Shown: in pieces, positions 47,545 to 58,005 of the stretch
Position numbering within the stretch: the first letter of the stretch is position 1
Layout of the letters: each line of letters starts with the position of its first letter
IMG/VR virus record: IMGVR_UViG_3300033463_000008
Strand: one strand, 5' to 3'
DNA length: 64,000 nt
Origin: a virus
Taxonomy: Duplodnaviria > Caudoviricetes
Notes under the pieces: model-generated
What the model saw: only the letters and a program-made list of their open reading frames with translations
Database searches by the model: none
Told to the model about the DNA's origin: nothing
Translations under genes and position numbers: made by a program

Positions 47545-48669
47545 ATGGGATACTCTATAGACCAAGATGTAGAAATCATGAAGGAAATCGAAAGGATTTC
47601 CCAGGAACCCATCAATGAAAGCCAGTACACAGCGGTTCGTCGTGGTGCAAAACCCATCGTTGAATCGATGGCTGTCTTTGATGACGTGAAGGTTGACTTC
47701 AGCAAATGGACCAGTGACAGCAAGAAGGTCAATAAGGCTAAGACTGCCAACACGGGTTCTGCCAAGCCAATCACCAAGAATGACACTGTCGAAGAAAAGA
47801 AGAAGGGCGGTCAGGTGACTGAAATCACCAATGTTGAACTGTCCAAGAAGAAGGGCCAGGTGGTTGAATCCAAGCAGGAATCTGATGGAGACAAGGCTAA
47901 ACCGGCACCTCAGGTCAAGAACTTCGACAGCAAGGCCAAGTCTGCTGCTGCAGCAAACCGTTCTGCTGCTGACAAGGAAAAGCACTTTGCCGAAACGGCC
48001 AAGAAGCAGAAGAAGTTCAAGACTTTCATCGAAAGCCTTGTAGTTGACGAAGCTTCTCGTCGTGCTGCTGATCTTGTTCTTGCCGAAGCTGAAAAGGTTT
48101 TCAAGGCTCAGTTCGAATCTGCTGCCATGATGGAATCTGTTCAGGAAACCGCTCAGAAGGTTTATGATGCCGTTGCCAAGAAAATTGGCCCGCAGCACGC
48201 AAAGGGTCTCGACCTTGGTGAAATCTGTGATGAACTCAATGCAGGCAAGACTCCGCAGGAAGTTGCCAACCGCATGATCCATTTGGTCAAGCGCAAGGCT
48301 CAGGATGCTGACAGTGCCTTCAATAATGGTGTTGACGGCCCGATGCCAACTCGAAACCAGCTTAAGAACAGGGAAGGCATTTCGGTTAACGAATCTGCTG
48401 CCATGATGGAATCTGTTCAGGAAACCGCTCAGAAGGTTTATGATGCTGTCGCCAAGAAAATTGGCCCGCAGCACGCAAAGGGTCTCGACCTTGGTGAAAT
48501 CTGTGATGAACTCAATGCAGGCAAGACTCCGCAGGAAGTTGCCAACCGCATGATCCATTTGGTCAAGCGCAAGGCTCAGGATGCTGACAGTGCCTTCAAT
48601 AATGGTGTTGACGGCCCGATGCCAACTCGAAACCAGCTTAAGAACAGGGAAGGCATTTCGCTTACCTAG
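47545..48669 (+). CDS. hypothetical late protein with duplicated 90-aa C-terminal module, probably head-internal
   Basis: AAGGA RBS; many xES sites (KFKTFIES, QFESAAMMES). Confidence 0.75.
   Translation: MGYSIDQDVEIMKEIERISQEPINESQYTAVRRGAKPIVESMAVFDDVKVDFSKWTSDSKKVNKAKTANTGSAKPITKNDTVEEKKKGGQVTEITNVELSKKKGQVVESKQESDGDKAKPAPQVKNFDSKAKSAAAANRSAADKEKHFAETAKKQKKFKTFIESLVVDEASRRAADLVLAEAEKVFKAQFESAAMMESVQETAQKVYDAVAKKIGPQHAKGLDLGEICDELNAGKTPQEVANRMIHLVKRKAQDADSAFNNGVDGPMPTRNQLKNREGISVNESAAMMESVQETAQKVYDAVAKKIGPQHAKGLDLGEICDELNAGKTPQEVANRMIHLVKRKAQDADSAFNNGVDGPMPTRNQLKNREGISLT
48115..48660 (+). repeat. tandem duplication, 270-bp copies with 276-bp period
   Basis: 48115-48384 vs 48391-48660 differ only at GCC GTT / GCT GTC (synonymous). 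Confidence 0.95.
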
Positions 48670-48689
48670 TCGCTGAAAGAAAAAATGTG

Positions 48690-48725
48690 AAAATCCACCC
48701 ATTGGGTGGATTTTTTGCTATATTT
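48690..48725 (+). terminator. terminator whose T-tract runs into a TTGCTATATTT promoter-like motif
   Basis: AAAATCCACCC-ATT-GGGTGGATTTTTT, then TTGCTATATTT at 48715-48725. Confidence 0.75.
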
Positions 48726-48734
48726 CCAAACGAA

Positions 48735-51659
48735 ATGTCATTGGTGTTAGAAAATAATAAGGTTGCAGACTCCCAAGAAGTCCATCCGATGTGGACTGCA
48801 ATTTATCATGATAGGGATACCGACCAGTTATTTCTTTGGTACGATACTGGAAAGCTGGAAACCAAGGTAATTTCCAATACATTCTATACGCCTAATCGAG
48901 GCGAGTACAACTCGATTCCCTGCGGGATGAAGGATATCTATGGCAGGGAGATGTACTCGGTCACATGTAAATCCAAGGTGGAACAGGACATACGAAAGCG
49001 TACCATGGGTCCGAATAACCACCTTTCCGAAATTGATATTGACCCAAGGGCTCGTTTCCTACAGAAGCATTATGCAAAGTCAGGCATGTTGAAGCCTGAC
49101 ATGAAGAAAATCAATCTATGCTTCCTCGATATTGAAGTGGAGACGGTGGGTCGCTTTCCTGCTGCCCACCGTGCCGAATATCCGATTAACTGTGTTACGG
49201 TCTATTTTTCCAAGACTGACCATTATGTGACGTATGGTCTTGGACGTGATGTATCTGATTACGTCAAGGAGGAAATGGCTAAGGAAAATGGCCATTATGT
49301 CCTATGTTATACGGAAAAGGAACTCCTTGAAAAACTTTTCTCGGAGATTGGACGTAACCAGGTCGATATTCTGTCGGGATGGAACTTCTCGTACGATACC
49401 ACTTACATGGTGAACCGTGCCGCCAAGTTGAAGGTGGACTTGAAGCTCATGTCCAGGCTCCCGGGCCAGTTCCAGAAGGCCTACTTTGACCGCGAGGGCA
49501 ACCTGCAGATTGCCGGTACGGAAGTTATTGACTTCCTTGCTCTCTACCGCAAGTACACTTTTTCGGAAGAACCGTCGTACAAACTTGACTACATTGGTGG
49601 CCTTGTTGTCGGTGAGCACAAGGCTCCATTGCCCGATGGCTACAAGTCATGGAAGAACTACTGGGATGAGTTCATCCTGTATAACTTCCAGGACGTTAGA
49701 CTGCTGAAAAAGATTGAGTTGAAGGTGCGCATGTTCCAGCTTGCCGTCATGGCTGCTTCGGAAGCCCGCGTGCCATTCTCTTCAGTATTTGAATCCAAGA
49801 AGATGCTGGTTGGGTTCGTGATGAACATGCTTCACGAACAGCATCTTGTGTTCCCTCCGATGCAAGCCAAGAATAAGGAAGAATACCCGGGTGCATTCGT
49901 GTATTCCATTCCTGGATATTATGAATTCTTGGTTTCTTATGACTATCGTTCCCTGTATCCGTCCATTATGATGACCTTCAACACCTCGCCGGAAACCAAG
50001 GTCATCAAGCCGATTGATTACGTGCTTACTCCGGAAGAGAAGGACAAGCTCATCGAGAGTCCGTGGACACATAATGGTCAGTACAAGGTATATTTCCGTC
50101 GTGACAAGGAAGGCATTGTTCCTCAGGTTACGAGAAAGTTGTTTGACGGTCGTGCGAAGCTGAAAAACAAGAAGAAAGCCGCTGAAAAGGCTGGCGACAT
50201 GGAAATGAAGGACATATACGATATGATGCAAAAGGTCTATAAGGTCCTTGGCAACTCTCTGTATGGTCTTCTTGGTTCCAACTTCTTCCCGTTCTATGAT
50301 GTCGATAATGCCGCTTCTATTACCGGTTACGGTCAACGGCTCATCAAGTTTACTATTGCTCAACTCGCCAAGTATCTCAATGAAGAACTTGTCAACGACC
50401 AGCGGTTCTATGATGCCTTTGGTTACAAGCCGACTATTGATCCTTCGTTCCTTGGAACTACGAAGGACGAGGATGGCCAGATTCTTTATCGCCGCATGTC
50501 ACATGGTGATACTGACTCGTTCTACTGCAAGATTGGTGATATTTTCAAGGAATTCGGTGCCAAGGCTGGCTCCGGTGTTGAGGTTATCGTATTTGATGGC
50601 CACAAGGAAATCTTCCGCCAGGGTTTCGACAATGATCATATTCTTGAATCCAAGAAATTGTTCAACGCGGCTTGCAACCAGTATCTGCATGATGTCTGGC
50701 ATGACCCGGAGAACCGTTCAGTGGACAAGAAGACTGGCCTTACGAAGGTGCAGATTATGTTCCATGATGGTATCGTCATGGGTAAGCGCTATCGCGTGAT
50801 TTATAACCGTTTCCGCCTCACGGATTTCTGTCGCATTATGGATGCTGCCATGCTTGAAGAGAAGCTGGATGAGTACATGCTTGCGTATGCGAAGAAATGG
50901 AACTACCTGACCAACGAATTGTTCTTGAAGCGTGAAAAGTGCATTTACAAGGCAATCGTTACTGCGAAAAAGAAGTACATCTGCGAAGCTGAATCCAACG
51001 AAGATATCGTGTACCTCGACCTTGGACATAAAGGCGAAGATGGTAAGTGGGTACCGGGTACGCTTGAACTCGAACCGCATTTTGCTATTACCGGTCTTGA
51101 AATTGTGCGTAGTTCTACCACCTTGTTCAGTAGGGAGCGTATGCTCGACATGGTGAAGCTGATGCTGAAAACCATGGACAGGGACGAGGTGCGCCGTAGG
51201 CTGCTTGTCATGAAGAAGGAATTCTTCGAGGCCGTCAATGCCGGCAACTACTCCTACATTGCATGCCCTTCCGGTATGAAGGAAGAACCCCTCCCGTACT
51301 TGAAGATGATAACGATGCCGCGTTCCGAAATCAAGGATATCGACTGGCGCCGCAGGGCCGCTTCTGTGTGGAACTACCTGATTGAGAATGACCCCGTTCT
51401 TACCCAGGAGCCGTACGAGCCTATCTATGCCGGTGACAAGATGAAGTTCATCAAGAAGGCCGATGACCGCTATGGTGTCTCAATCATCTGTTATAGCGGT
51501 GAGAAGTGTCCGGAACGCCTCCTGCAACTCTTCCATGCCGACTGGGAAGAACAGTGGCATGTCTCTGTCGCCCAGATACTTGGCCGTCTTTTCGAGGCTG
51601 TCGGGTGGCCGAAGGAACTCGAATACGACGAAACCAAGAAGGTTCGCGCATTCGTTTAA
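48735..51659 (+). CDS. family B DNA polymerase (gp43-like)
   Basis: ExoI FLDIEVE, SGWNFSYD, YNFQDV; motif A SYDYRSLYPS; motif B KVLGNSLYG; motif C HGDTDS; KKKY; GLEIVRSST. Start uncertain (48735 or 48789). Confidence 0.95.
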   Translation: MSLVLENNKVADSQEVHPMWTAIYHDRDTDQLFLWYDTGKLETKVISNTFYTPNRGEYNSIPCGMKDIYGREMYSVTCKSKVEQDIRKRTMGPNNHLSEIDIDPRARFLQKHYAKSGMLKPDMKKINLCFLDIEVETVGRFPAAHRAEYPINCVTVYFSKTDHYVTYGLGRDVSDYVKEEMAKENGHYVLCYTEKELLEKLFSEIGRNQVDILSGWNFSYDTTYMVNRAAKLKVDLKLMSRLPGQFQKAYFDREGNLQIAGTEVIDFLALYRKYTFSEEPSYKLDYIGGLVVGEHKAPLPDGYKSWKNYWDEFILYNFQDVRLLKKIELKVRMFQLAVMAASEARVPFSSVFESKKMLVGFVMNMLHEQHLVFPPMQAKNKEEYPGAFVYSIPGYYEFLVSYDYRSLYPSIMMTFNTSPETKVIKPIDYVLTPEEKDKLIESPWTHNGQYKVYFRRDKEGIVPQVTRKLFDGRAKLKNKKKAAEKAGDMEMKDIYDMMQKVYKVLGNSLYGLLGSNFFPFYDVDNAASITGYGQRLIKFTIAQLAKYLNEELVNDQRFYDAFGYKPTIDPSFLGTTKDEDGQILYRRMSHGDTDSFYCKIGDIFKEFGAKAGSGVEVIVFDGHKEIFRQGFDNDHILESKKLFNAACNQYLHDVWHDPENRSVDKKTGLTKVQIMFHDGIVMGKRYRVIYNRFRLTDFCRIMDAAMLEEKLDEYMLAYAKKWNYLTNELFLKREKCIYKAIVTAKKKYICEAESNEDIVYLDLGHKGEDGKWVPGTLELEPHFAITGLEIVRSSTTLFSRERMLDMVKLMLKTMDRDEVRRRLLVMKKEFFEAVNAGNYSYIACPSGMKEEPLPYLKMITMPRSEIKDIDWRRRAASVWNYLIENDPVLTQEPYEPIYAGDKMKFIKKADDRYGVSIICYSGEKCPERLLQLFHADWEEQWHVSVAQILGRLFEAVGWPKELEYDETKKVRAFV

Positions 51660-51672
51660 CGGTCCCAAATCA

Positions 51673-51680
51673 TATAAACT
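51673..51680 (+). promoter_or_regulatory. TATAAACT late-type promoter
   Basis: Exact motif upstream of 51722. Confidence 0.7.
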
Positions 51681-51721
51681 GCAGACCGATGTAGTTTTAT
51701 GGAAAATAGACGGGATTCCCT

Positions 51722-54700
51722 ATGTACGATTTTGAAAAATACTATGCTGACATGGACGTTAAGGCCGAAGCCAATATCGACCTGAGCGGTGTACAAATTG
51801 AGAATCCCCAGGGAAATCCGAACGAATATGTCACCAACAATGTCGTATATTTCATAACCGGCATTATCCTGTCGAATGATCCGAATTTTGGGTCGTATGT
51901 TTCGGTCGGAATTAACGACAGGTTGAAGATTACGATCGAAGAGGGTAGTTCCACCACAGTCCATTGTGTCGCACTCATGCACCCGATGGCTGATTTGGTT
52001 GAGGCGAATGTGGCCAGCCTGTGGAATCCGGGCAAGGAGCGGGAGAATTCCTTGACTCTTGATTCCAGCAATGGGGGCGCTGTCATAACATATACACCGT
52101 TGCATGATGGTACGTCCATTCCTTCAGTCAATTACTCTTACGCCCGGGCGTATGTCGCACCGCGTTATGAGTTTATTACCGGTATTGGCGGTGATGACGT
52201 GATTGCTCGTTTGGCATCCGGCTTGCTGAATCCGACACTGGTCAACCAGAACGTGATTTCACATCATTCAATGCCAGCTGCGAATTTGTCCGAGTCGATG
52301 CGTGCGATTTATATGATGCTTGGCCTTAACGGCAAGCGCAAGATATCGCTTAAGGCGTTTAGGAAGGGATTAGAAAGCAAGGCTGCGCGATATAACGCTG
52401 TAATCGGCTACGACCTGTTCCGGAAAAGAATGAACCAGATTTCTGACTGGTGTGGTGAGAACAATTACGGTGTCGATGTAAAGTACTATGACCAGAGTAT
52501 GTCTGATCCGTTGCCGGAAAGTGTCGAGGATGCTACCGACGCAGATTACAGGAAGAATCCCCAGGCAGCCCGCGTGAAACACCAGGCTTATCTGAATGCC
52601 GTTGCTAATGCCGATAAGACCAGGACTTCCATGCAGAACCGAACAAGTTTTGATGAAGCATATCAGATCCATCTGCCGGCATTCCTGGATAATCCTAAGA
52701 TATCCCCGCTTGTTGATGACTTGACACCGTCCGGTGATGGCGTGACTGCCCTCATTCCCCCGGTGAAAGATGCCGTGAAAGGCGTGTTTTATCCGAGAGA
52801 GGAGATTGAAACCGAGTTTTATGAGAACTTTGAAAACGTGTATGATGAAATCAGGGATGCCTTGAGTATCATGAGGCGGTATCTTAGCAGGAAGACTAAG
52901 AGAAAGATAACACAGCTCGATGCAAAATTTACCCATTATCCGTCCAATAATGGCGGACTGGCATTTGACCTGGATTCATTAATCAATTCATTCCAGACAA
53001 ATTACAATGCTGTCGGTACAGGGAATGGCGAATATGCCACCGGTAATGTTCAGAATATGCCGGAATACATAACCGCATATCCAAGAGTGTTTCAGATTAA
53101 CGGAAAATACGAACCGGATGCTGGGGGTGCCCCGGCTTCCTGGGTGGCGTTGACTCCACCGGATAATCCGACGTTTATTGGCAGGGCCTGGGTTACCAGC
53201 GGCACTGGCTTTTATCGGGCGTCGGATTATACTCTGAACAAGAAAGTGGTCTCAATGACCGGCCAGGAAGTGCGCGAAGCGATTGTAGATGCGTACAACT
53301 GGATTCTTAAGACGGATGGAAAGCAAGTGCTTGATTATGAAGCCGACATCAACGTAAATGATAATACATTCGATGGCGGTTATGATAGTAGTGCCGATGC
53401 CGACACCAGGGTAAAACAATGCAAGCGTCTTATCGAGTTGATTGGCGGATGGATGAACCTCTTCAAGAAATGTGGTTCCAGGGAAGGCGTCCAAATATTC
53501 CTGGCTGCACACCCATTCAATCCAGGAGAGAATATCATGTCATGGCTGAGCCGTATGGTTGTCGCGGGATACATGACATGGAGCTTGAAGGATAACTATG
53601 ACATAATCGACTGGGAATCATCCTCTAGTTCAAGTTCCGGTGCTACTGACTATGCCAACTTCGTTCCGGCATTTACACCGGAATGGGGTATCGATCCGGA
53701 AAGCGAAACCGACATTGACGATGCAATGCGTGCCGCGTCGGTAATGGTGAGCGCATACAAGGAAATGCGCAGTCAGTTGGTAACCCGTGCGTTCCTGATG
53801 AATCCGGTTCGTGTGGCCAGGGCATGGCTTGCGCTTGAGGATGCGTCTGATGCTATTTCGGCATTGCAGGATTCAATCGACAAAGTAATCTGGTATCAGG
53901 CGTTTGTAAATGAATCGGTCTTTACCAACCGGTCCATGTACCTCAATTTTGCCAACTGGCTTAACCGTGGTGATGGAAACGATGACGATTATGTCAAGAT
54001 TCCGTTCTCCGTCTGGTCTCTGCCTGCCAGATTCATGGTTCCGGTTGCGATGTACCGGAAGGTGAGGAAAAAGTATCGTACATGGTTTGGACGTACCCGT
54101 CATAAAACCGTCAAGGTGTTTGATGGCGTGCGTTGGGCAGAAGTTCGGTTCTATGACTTGAATGTGTACGGAGAATATCCGCAGATTGCTGAAACACCGG
54201 GCAACACTATTCAGCTTGATAAGCCGGCAACCATCGAACGGGTTGGAAATGTTTGGTATCTGAATTTTGATGAACCTCTGCCTGAAGATGTTTGGAATGC
54301 AGGCAGTGGTGAAGTGACGTTTGATGATATTGCAAAATCGGCATTGCAGGTTGTGTTTGATGGTGACATGTCGGCGCATGTACCGGAAGATGCCGACCCA
54401 CCAACGTTGATCGGAGAGCATGTGGTTGTATCTGTGAAGGTTCCGCCGGAACGCAGCCGCAACGACAGTGAAAATAAGACTCCGGTCACAGTTCATGTGA
54501 AGGCTCCGGGGCTCCCGTATGACGAAGAAATTCGCAAACAGGCGTTTGTTGAATACGGTCCGTTCTCGCAGGATAAATTGTTTGAAGTGGTTCGGTATGG
54601 AAACGGGGGTTTCCCGAATGTTCCCGAAACCCAGCGGTTTGATGGATGGAAGGTGTTTAGGCCGACCTCGCGCAAGATTGAAGACATGCGAGAAGGGTTT

Positions 54701-56308
54701 GGACTTTATGACAAGGTTGCCTTCCTGATGTCCATCCTTACGCATGAGTTTGGTGCGGGACGCGTCGAATTGATTAACACGTGGCGTTCCGCTGACGACC
54801 AGAAGAGTATTTGTATGGGCGGTCCAGAAAGCAGTATGCTTTCGTGGCATAACTACGGTATGGCCGCGAAAATTTTAATTTATCAGGCTGACCGTACTAC
54901 TCCCATTGAAGACAAGAGCGACGATATGAAGCGCTTGGTGAAGGTGGCCAAGGCGTTTACTGAAATATGCGCCGATGGAAGGGCAGGGGTTCCGTGCAAC
55001 GTGGTGTGGTGTGGCCGTCTTGTAGTCAATCCGAGCTTGTTTGACTGGGAATTCTTGCCAATGGGACTTGGCCACAAGGATGCCTTCAAGTTCCGCGAGG
55101 CGATACTTGCGCAGCGCGATCCGATTAAGGAATATGCGTACGTGGACGTTGACGCTGCCGGAATGGTTACCGGTAAGGCGCCAGAGGGAAATGAACCGTA
55201 TGTCCTAAAGACTTCCGCAACTTATCGGAATGCGAAGATTGTCAATGGGCATCATTATGTTTCTCCGGACCGTATCGTCAATTATCATACACCGGAAGAC
55301 ATTGTCCTATATGATCTGGTTGAATACATAGACCTAATTAACCTTAAGATGAATGCCAACGGCAACACGCTTGGCGATCGAGGAAACATCTATGAATGGA
55401 AGGCCTTGAATGATTCCGCGTGCTCCCAGTTGATTAGGTATTTTGCGCTGACAAACAACATCAAATCAGCCAAGGCCTTGATTGCTGGTGATTTCGTTGA
55501 AAAGTACCAGGCAATCGAGGATGCTTTCTATTCGACATCTACGGTAGATTATGTGAAGAACATGCTTGGCGAACATTACGAGGATGTGTACATTACAATC
55601 GATTCCATGAACGATGCCGGGTTTATTTCCCTCAGCAATGGAAAGATGTATATCAAGGTCCATGACCAGATACCTGACAATGTTCCTACCATGATTGACA
55701 TGCATGGGCAGCAAAGGGTGGACAGTAACCATATCAAGCGCGGTGTGTGGCGTAACGGCGTGTTCTACGGCCTGGATGAGATTGAGATTCCTTACACGGA
55801 AAGCGATGGCCCGGTAATAGAAGGGTATGTGGATGGCGTGGCGTCTTATGGGGAGGCAATTTTCTTACATAAGTCCGTTGCATCAGCTTTACATGAGGCT
55901 TTCCTGAACACCCGTGACATGTTCGAACGCTACCAGGGCGCTGTCATGTATGACCGTTTCCAGGATGGCCCGAATGCTTCCCGGTTCAATCAGCTGGAAA
56001 ACGAATTCGGTGCCATTGCCGCACAGGACTTAATGGACTTTGGCGAACTGGAAGCTATGCTCGCACAGGATGACATCAACAAGCGTGCGGACATTGAATC
56101 CAATGGGGACAGGAATGGCCTCATTGACGGAAGTATTTACGAAAAGGTCGTAAATAATGCACAGCTTGCCGGTATGCGCAAGGCAGTCAAGACCAATGAG
56201 CGCATACATATCACCGATAAGGGTAACGGGTTGACTCCGGGTGAAATATACCGTGCCGTAATGGAAGGACGGGCTCCGGGGGCTAACGATTTGATGTCCA
56301 GAAGGTAG
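51722..56308 (+). CDS. large virion (tail/baseplate?) protein with degenerate M15-like peptidase domain
   Basis: 1528 aa; NTWRSADDQ...SWHNYGMAAKIL...VVWCG matches the M15C layout, with the Zn-ligand Asp replaced by Lys. Confidence 0.65.
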   Translation: MYDFEKYYADMDVKAEANIDLSGVQIENPQGNPNEYVTNNVVYFITGIILSNDPNFGSYVSVGINDRLKITIEEGSSTTVHCVALMHPMADLVEANVASLWNPGKERENSLTLDSSNGGAVITYTPLHDGTSIPSVNYSYARAYVAPRYEFITGIGGDDVIARLASGLLNPTLVNQNVISHHSMPAANLSESMRAIYMMLGLNGKRKISLKAFRKGLESKAARYNAVIGYDLFRKRMNQISDWCGENNYGVDVKYYDQSMSDPLPESVEDATDADYRKNPQAARVKHQAYLNAVANADKTRTSMQNRTSFDEAYQIHLPAFLDNPKISPLVDDLTPSGDGVTALIPPVKDAVKGVFYPREEIETEFYENFENVYDEIRDALSIMRRYLSRKTKRKITQLDAKFTHYPSNNGGLAFDLDSLINSFQTNYNAVGTGNGEYATGNVQNMPEYITAYPRVFQINGKYEPDAGGAPASWVALTPPDNPTFIGRAWVTSGTGFYRASDYTLNKKVVSMTGQEVREAIVDAYNWILKTDGKQVLDYEADINVNDNTFDGGYDSSADADTRVKQCKRLIELIGGWMNLFKKCGSREGVQIFLAAHPFNPGENIMSWLSRMVVAGYMTWSLKDNYDIIDWESSSSSSSGATDYANFVPAFTPEWGIDPESETDIDDAMRAASVMVSAYKEMRSQLVTRAFLMNPVRVARAWLALEDASDAISALQDSIDKVIWYQAFVNESVFTNRSMYLNFANWLNRGDGNDDDYVKIPFSVWSLPARFMVPVAMYRKVRKKYRTWFGRTRHKTVKVFDGVRWAEVRFYDLNVYGEYPQIAETPGNTIQLDKPATIERVGNVWYLNFDEPLPEDVWNAGSGEVTFDDIAKSALQVVFDGDMSAHVPEDADPPTLIGEHVVVSVKVPPERSRNDSENKTPVTVHVKAPGLPYDEEIRKQAFVEYGPFSQDKLFEVVRYGNGGFPNVPETQRFDGWKVFRPTSRKIEDMREGFGLYDKVAFLMSILTHEFGAGRVELINTWRSADDQKSICMGGPESSMLSWHNYGMAAKILIYQADRTTPIEDKSDDMKRLVKVAKAFTEICADGRAGVPCNVVWCGRLVVNPSLFDWEFLPMGLGHKDAFKFREAILAQRDPIKEYAYVDVDAAGMVTGKAPEGNEPYVLKTSATYRNAKIVNGHHYVSPDRIVNYHTPEDIVLYDLVEYIDLINLKMNANGNTLGDRGNIYEWKALNDSACSQLIRYFALTNNIKSAKALIAGDFVEKYQAIEDAFYSTSTVDYVKNMLGEHYEDVYITIDSMNDAGFISLSNGKMYIKVHDQIPDNVPTMIDMHGQQRVDSNHIKRGVWRNGVFYGLDEIEIPYTESDGPVIEGYVDGVASYGEAIFLHKSVASALHEAFLNTRDMFERYQGAVMYDRFQDGPNASRFNQLENEFGAIAAQDLMDFGELEAMLAQDDINKRADIESNGDRNGLIDGSIYEKVVNNAQLAGMRKAVKTNERIHITDKGNGLTPGEIYRAVMEGRAPGANDLMSRR

Positions 56309-56349
56309 TTTTCATATAAGCTGCAGGAGAAAAGGAATTTGGTAGCCCG

Positions 56350-57936
56350 ATGCCTGCACAAGTAGCGATTAAAAAATATACCGGAAAGGATTCTGAGTTT
56401 GGGACACTGGTGTCATCCTTGGGTATCAAACGAGTTGACACGTGTGTCCCGTCCGTGTATAGCTCGGAGCGTCTCGGTGGGCGTACCGTACCTGCCGACG
56501 ATGGCAGTGAAAGCCAATTTTATTGCATCTATCGTCCGGACGATCCTAAATGCAAGGCATACTCGATGGAATGCGTGTTCAAGGTGCACCTTGTTGCCCC
56601 GCCTGACCGTCAATTGACCAACATTCGTCTTTATCCGACTGGCCCGAGGCCGCGTGGCGAACATCCGGCCATTTTGAGAATAGGAAACTCGATTTCATAT
56701 TCCCGTCCGACAAACAGCAAGTCGCTTATTGCAACTAACGATATTTGGGAATTTAGTCCGGAACATCCGTTTTATCTTACAGTTTCTGGACTGTATGGCC
56801 AGATGCCGCAACAGCAGCTGGGCCATACCCATTTTATCACGGAGTACCGTGATGTCGGCGCGGGGAACGTTGTTTTTCTTGACGGGATGCGCCAACCAGT
56901 AGTCCCAGTCGGCGTTTACACTGATGATGAGAAAGACATTACTATCACCTTTGAGGACCGTACATTTGCTGCCAACACTCACAAGTACACTCCTTGCTTG
57001 ATATTTGTCGATCCGAAAACAGGAAAGGACATCAACACGATTGCACAGGAATCTGGCATGGAACCGTTCTATCAGGTTGTTGTCCCTGATGACAAGAAAG
57101 CCGTTGATGGGGTTATTTATCCAAGCGATGGTCCTGTTGTTGAACTTCGTGTAAAGACGAAAGAATGGAACCTGATGAACATGTTCCCGTCCGGTCTTAT
57201 CTACCAGATTCCGCCTGATAGGGAATGCGACTATCGCGGGTCTGGATATGTGGTGGCATGGATGCCTCTGTACTGGGGAGAGCCGGGATGGCAGTCTACT
57301 GATTCCGGCGATTCTGAGCTTGTCGAAACGGCTTATGTTCCAAACCGCTGGTTCAAGCGCGTTTACACTTTGAGCGATGGTACGGTGAAGGAAGAAGATT
57401 TGCCTGACCACTTCAAAAACAAACCGACCGAGTACTATGATGTCGAGGTTCGTCCTGGCTCAAATGGATGCCCGACCTATTTCCTGAATGGGGTTGAACG
57501 TCCCCAGCTGATTTTCGATATCCACAAGACATATCATTTCTTCAACAAGAGCGGTTCCAAGTTCCCGATGCGGTTCATAGGAAACATGTTTGCTCCGCAG
57601 GCAATCATTCCTGAGGATGTCGTGTCTGCGGGTGTCGTTGTTCTCCGTGGAAATACTGACATGGAAGAGCTTTTTGTCAATCCGGAACTGATTTTGAAGT
57701 CAGGCGCCAGGATTAATGCATATCAGAGCGTGTGCGCACCTGGACTTGGCAATGTGGTCTACAACCATCCGTTGGCCATGTGCGGAAGCTACAATATGTG
57801 TCGCGTTGGCGGGGGCATCTATAATCCCCTTATGGCGGGTGAAACCGACTATGTTTACCTGCAACTCGAAGTGGACGGGAATACCGATCCGGGAAGCTGT
57901 ATTCCGAATATCAAGATGGAATACGACGAGGTTTAA
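56350..57936 (+). CDS. hypothetical virion structural protein
   Basis: TATAAGCT variant at 56315-56322; beta-rich; two related segments VFLDGMRQP / YFLNGVERPQLIF..TYHF. Confidence 0.65.
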   Translation: MPAQVAIKKYTGKDSEFGTLVSSLGIKRVDTCVPSVYSSERLGGRTVPADDGSESQFYCIYRPDDPKCKAYSMECVFKVHLVAPPDRQLTNIRLYPTGPRPRGEHPAILRIGNSISYSRPTNSKSLIATNDIWEFSPEHPFYLTVSGLYGQMPQQQLGHTHFITEYRDVGAGNVVFLDGMRQPVVPVGVYTDDEKDITITFEDRTFAANTHKYTPCLIFVDPKTGKDINTIAQESGMEPFYQVVVPDDKKAVDGVIYPSDGPVVELRVKTKEWNLMNMFPSGLIYQIPPDRECDYRGSGYVVAWMPLYWGEPGWQSTDSGDSELVETAYVPNRWFKRVYTLSDGTVKEEDLPDHFKNKPTEYYDVEVRPGSNGCPTYFLNGVERPQLIFDIHKTYHFFNKSGSKFPMRFIGNMFAPQAIIPEDVVSAGVVVLRGNTDMEELFVNPELILKSGARINAYQSVCAPGLGNVVYNHPLAMCGSYNMCRVGGGIYNPLMAGETDYVYLQLEVDGNTDPGSCIPNIKMEYDEV

Positions 57937-57951
57937 AATTTTTGAAACACT

Positions 57952-57959
57952 TATAAACT
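57952..57959 (+). promoter_or_regulatory. TATAAACT late-type promoter
   Basis: Exact motif. Confidence 0.7.
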
Positions 57960-58005
57960 TTCTGTCAAATCAGCCCCAATGGCTGCTCAAAAGGAACAAA
58001 TCTAT

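Noticed and set aside
48735-51659. Intein or intron in the DNA polymerase
   Set aside because: ORF is continuous; the insertion lacks C/S-start, HN-end and homing-endonuclease motifs
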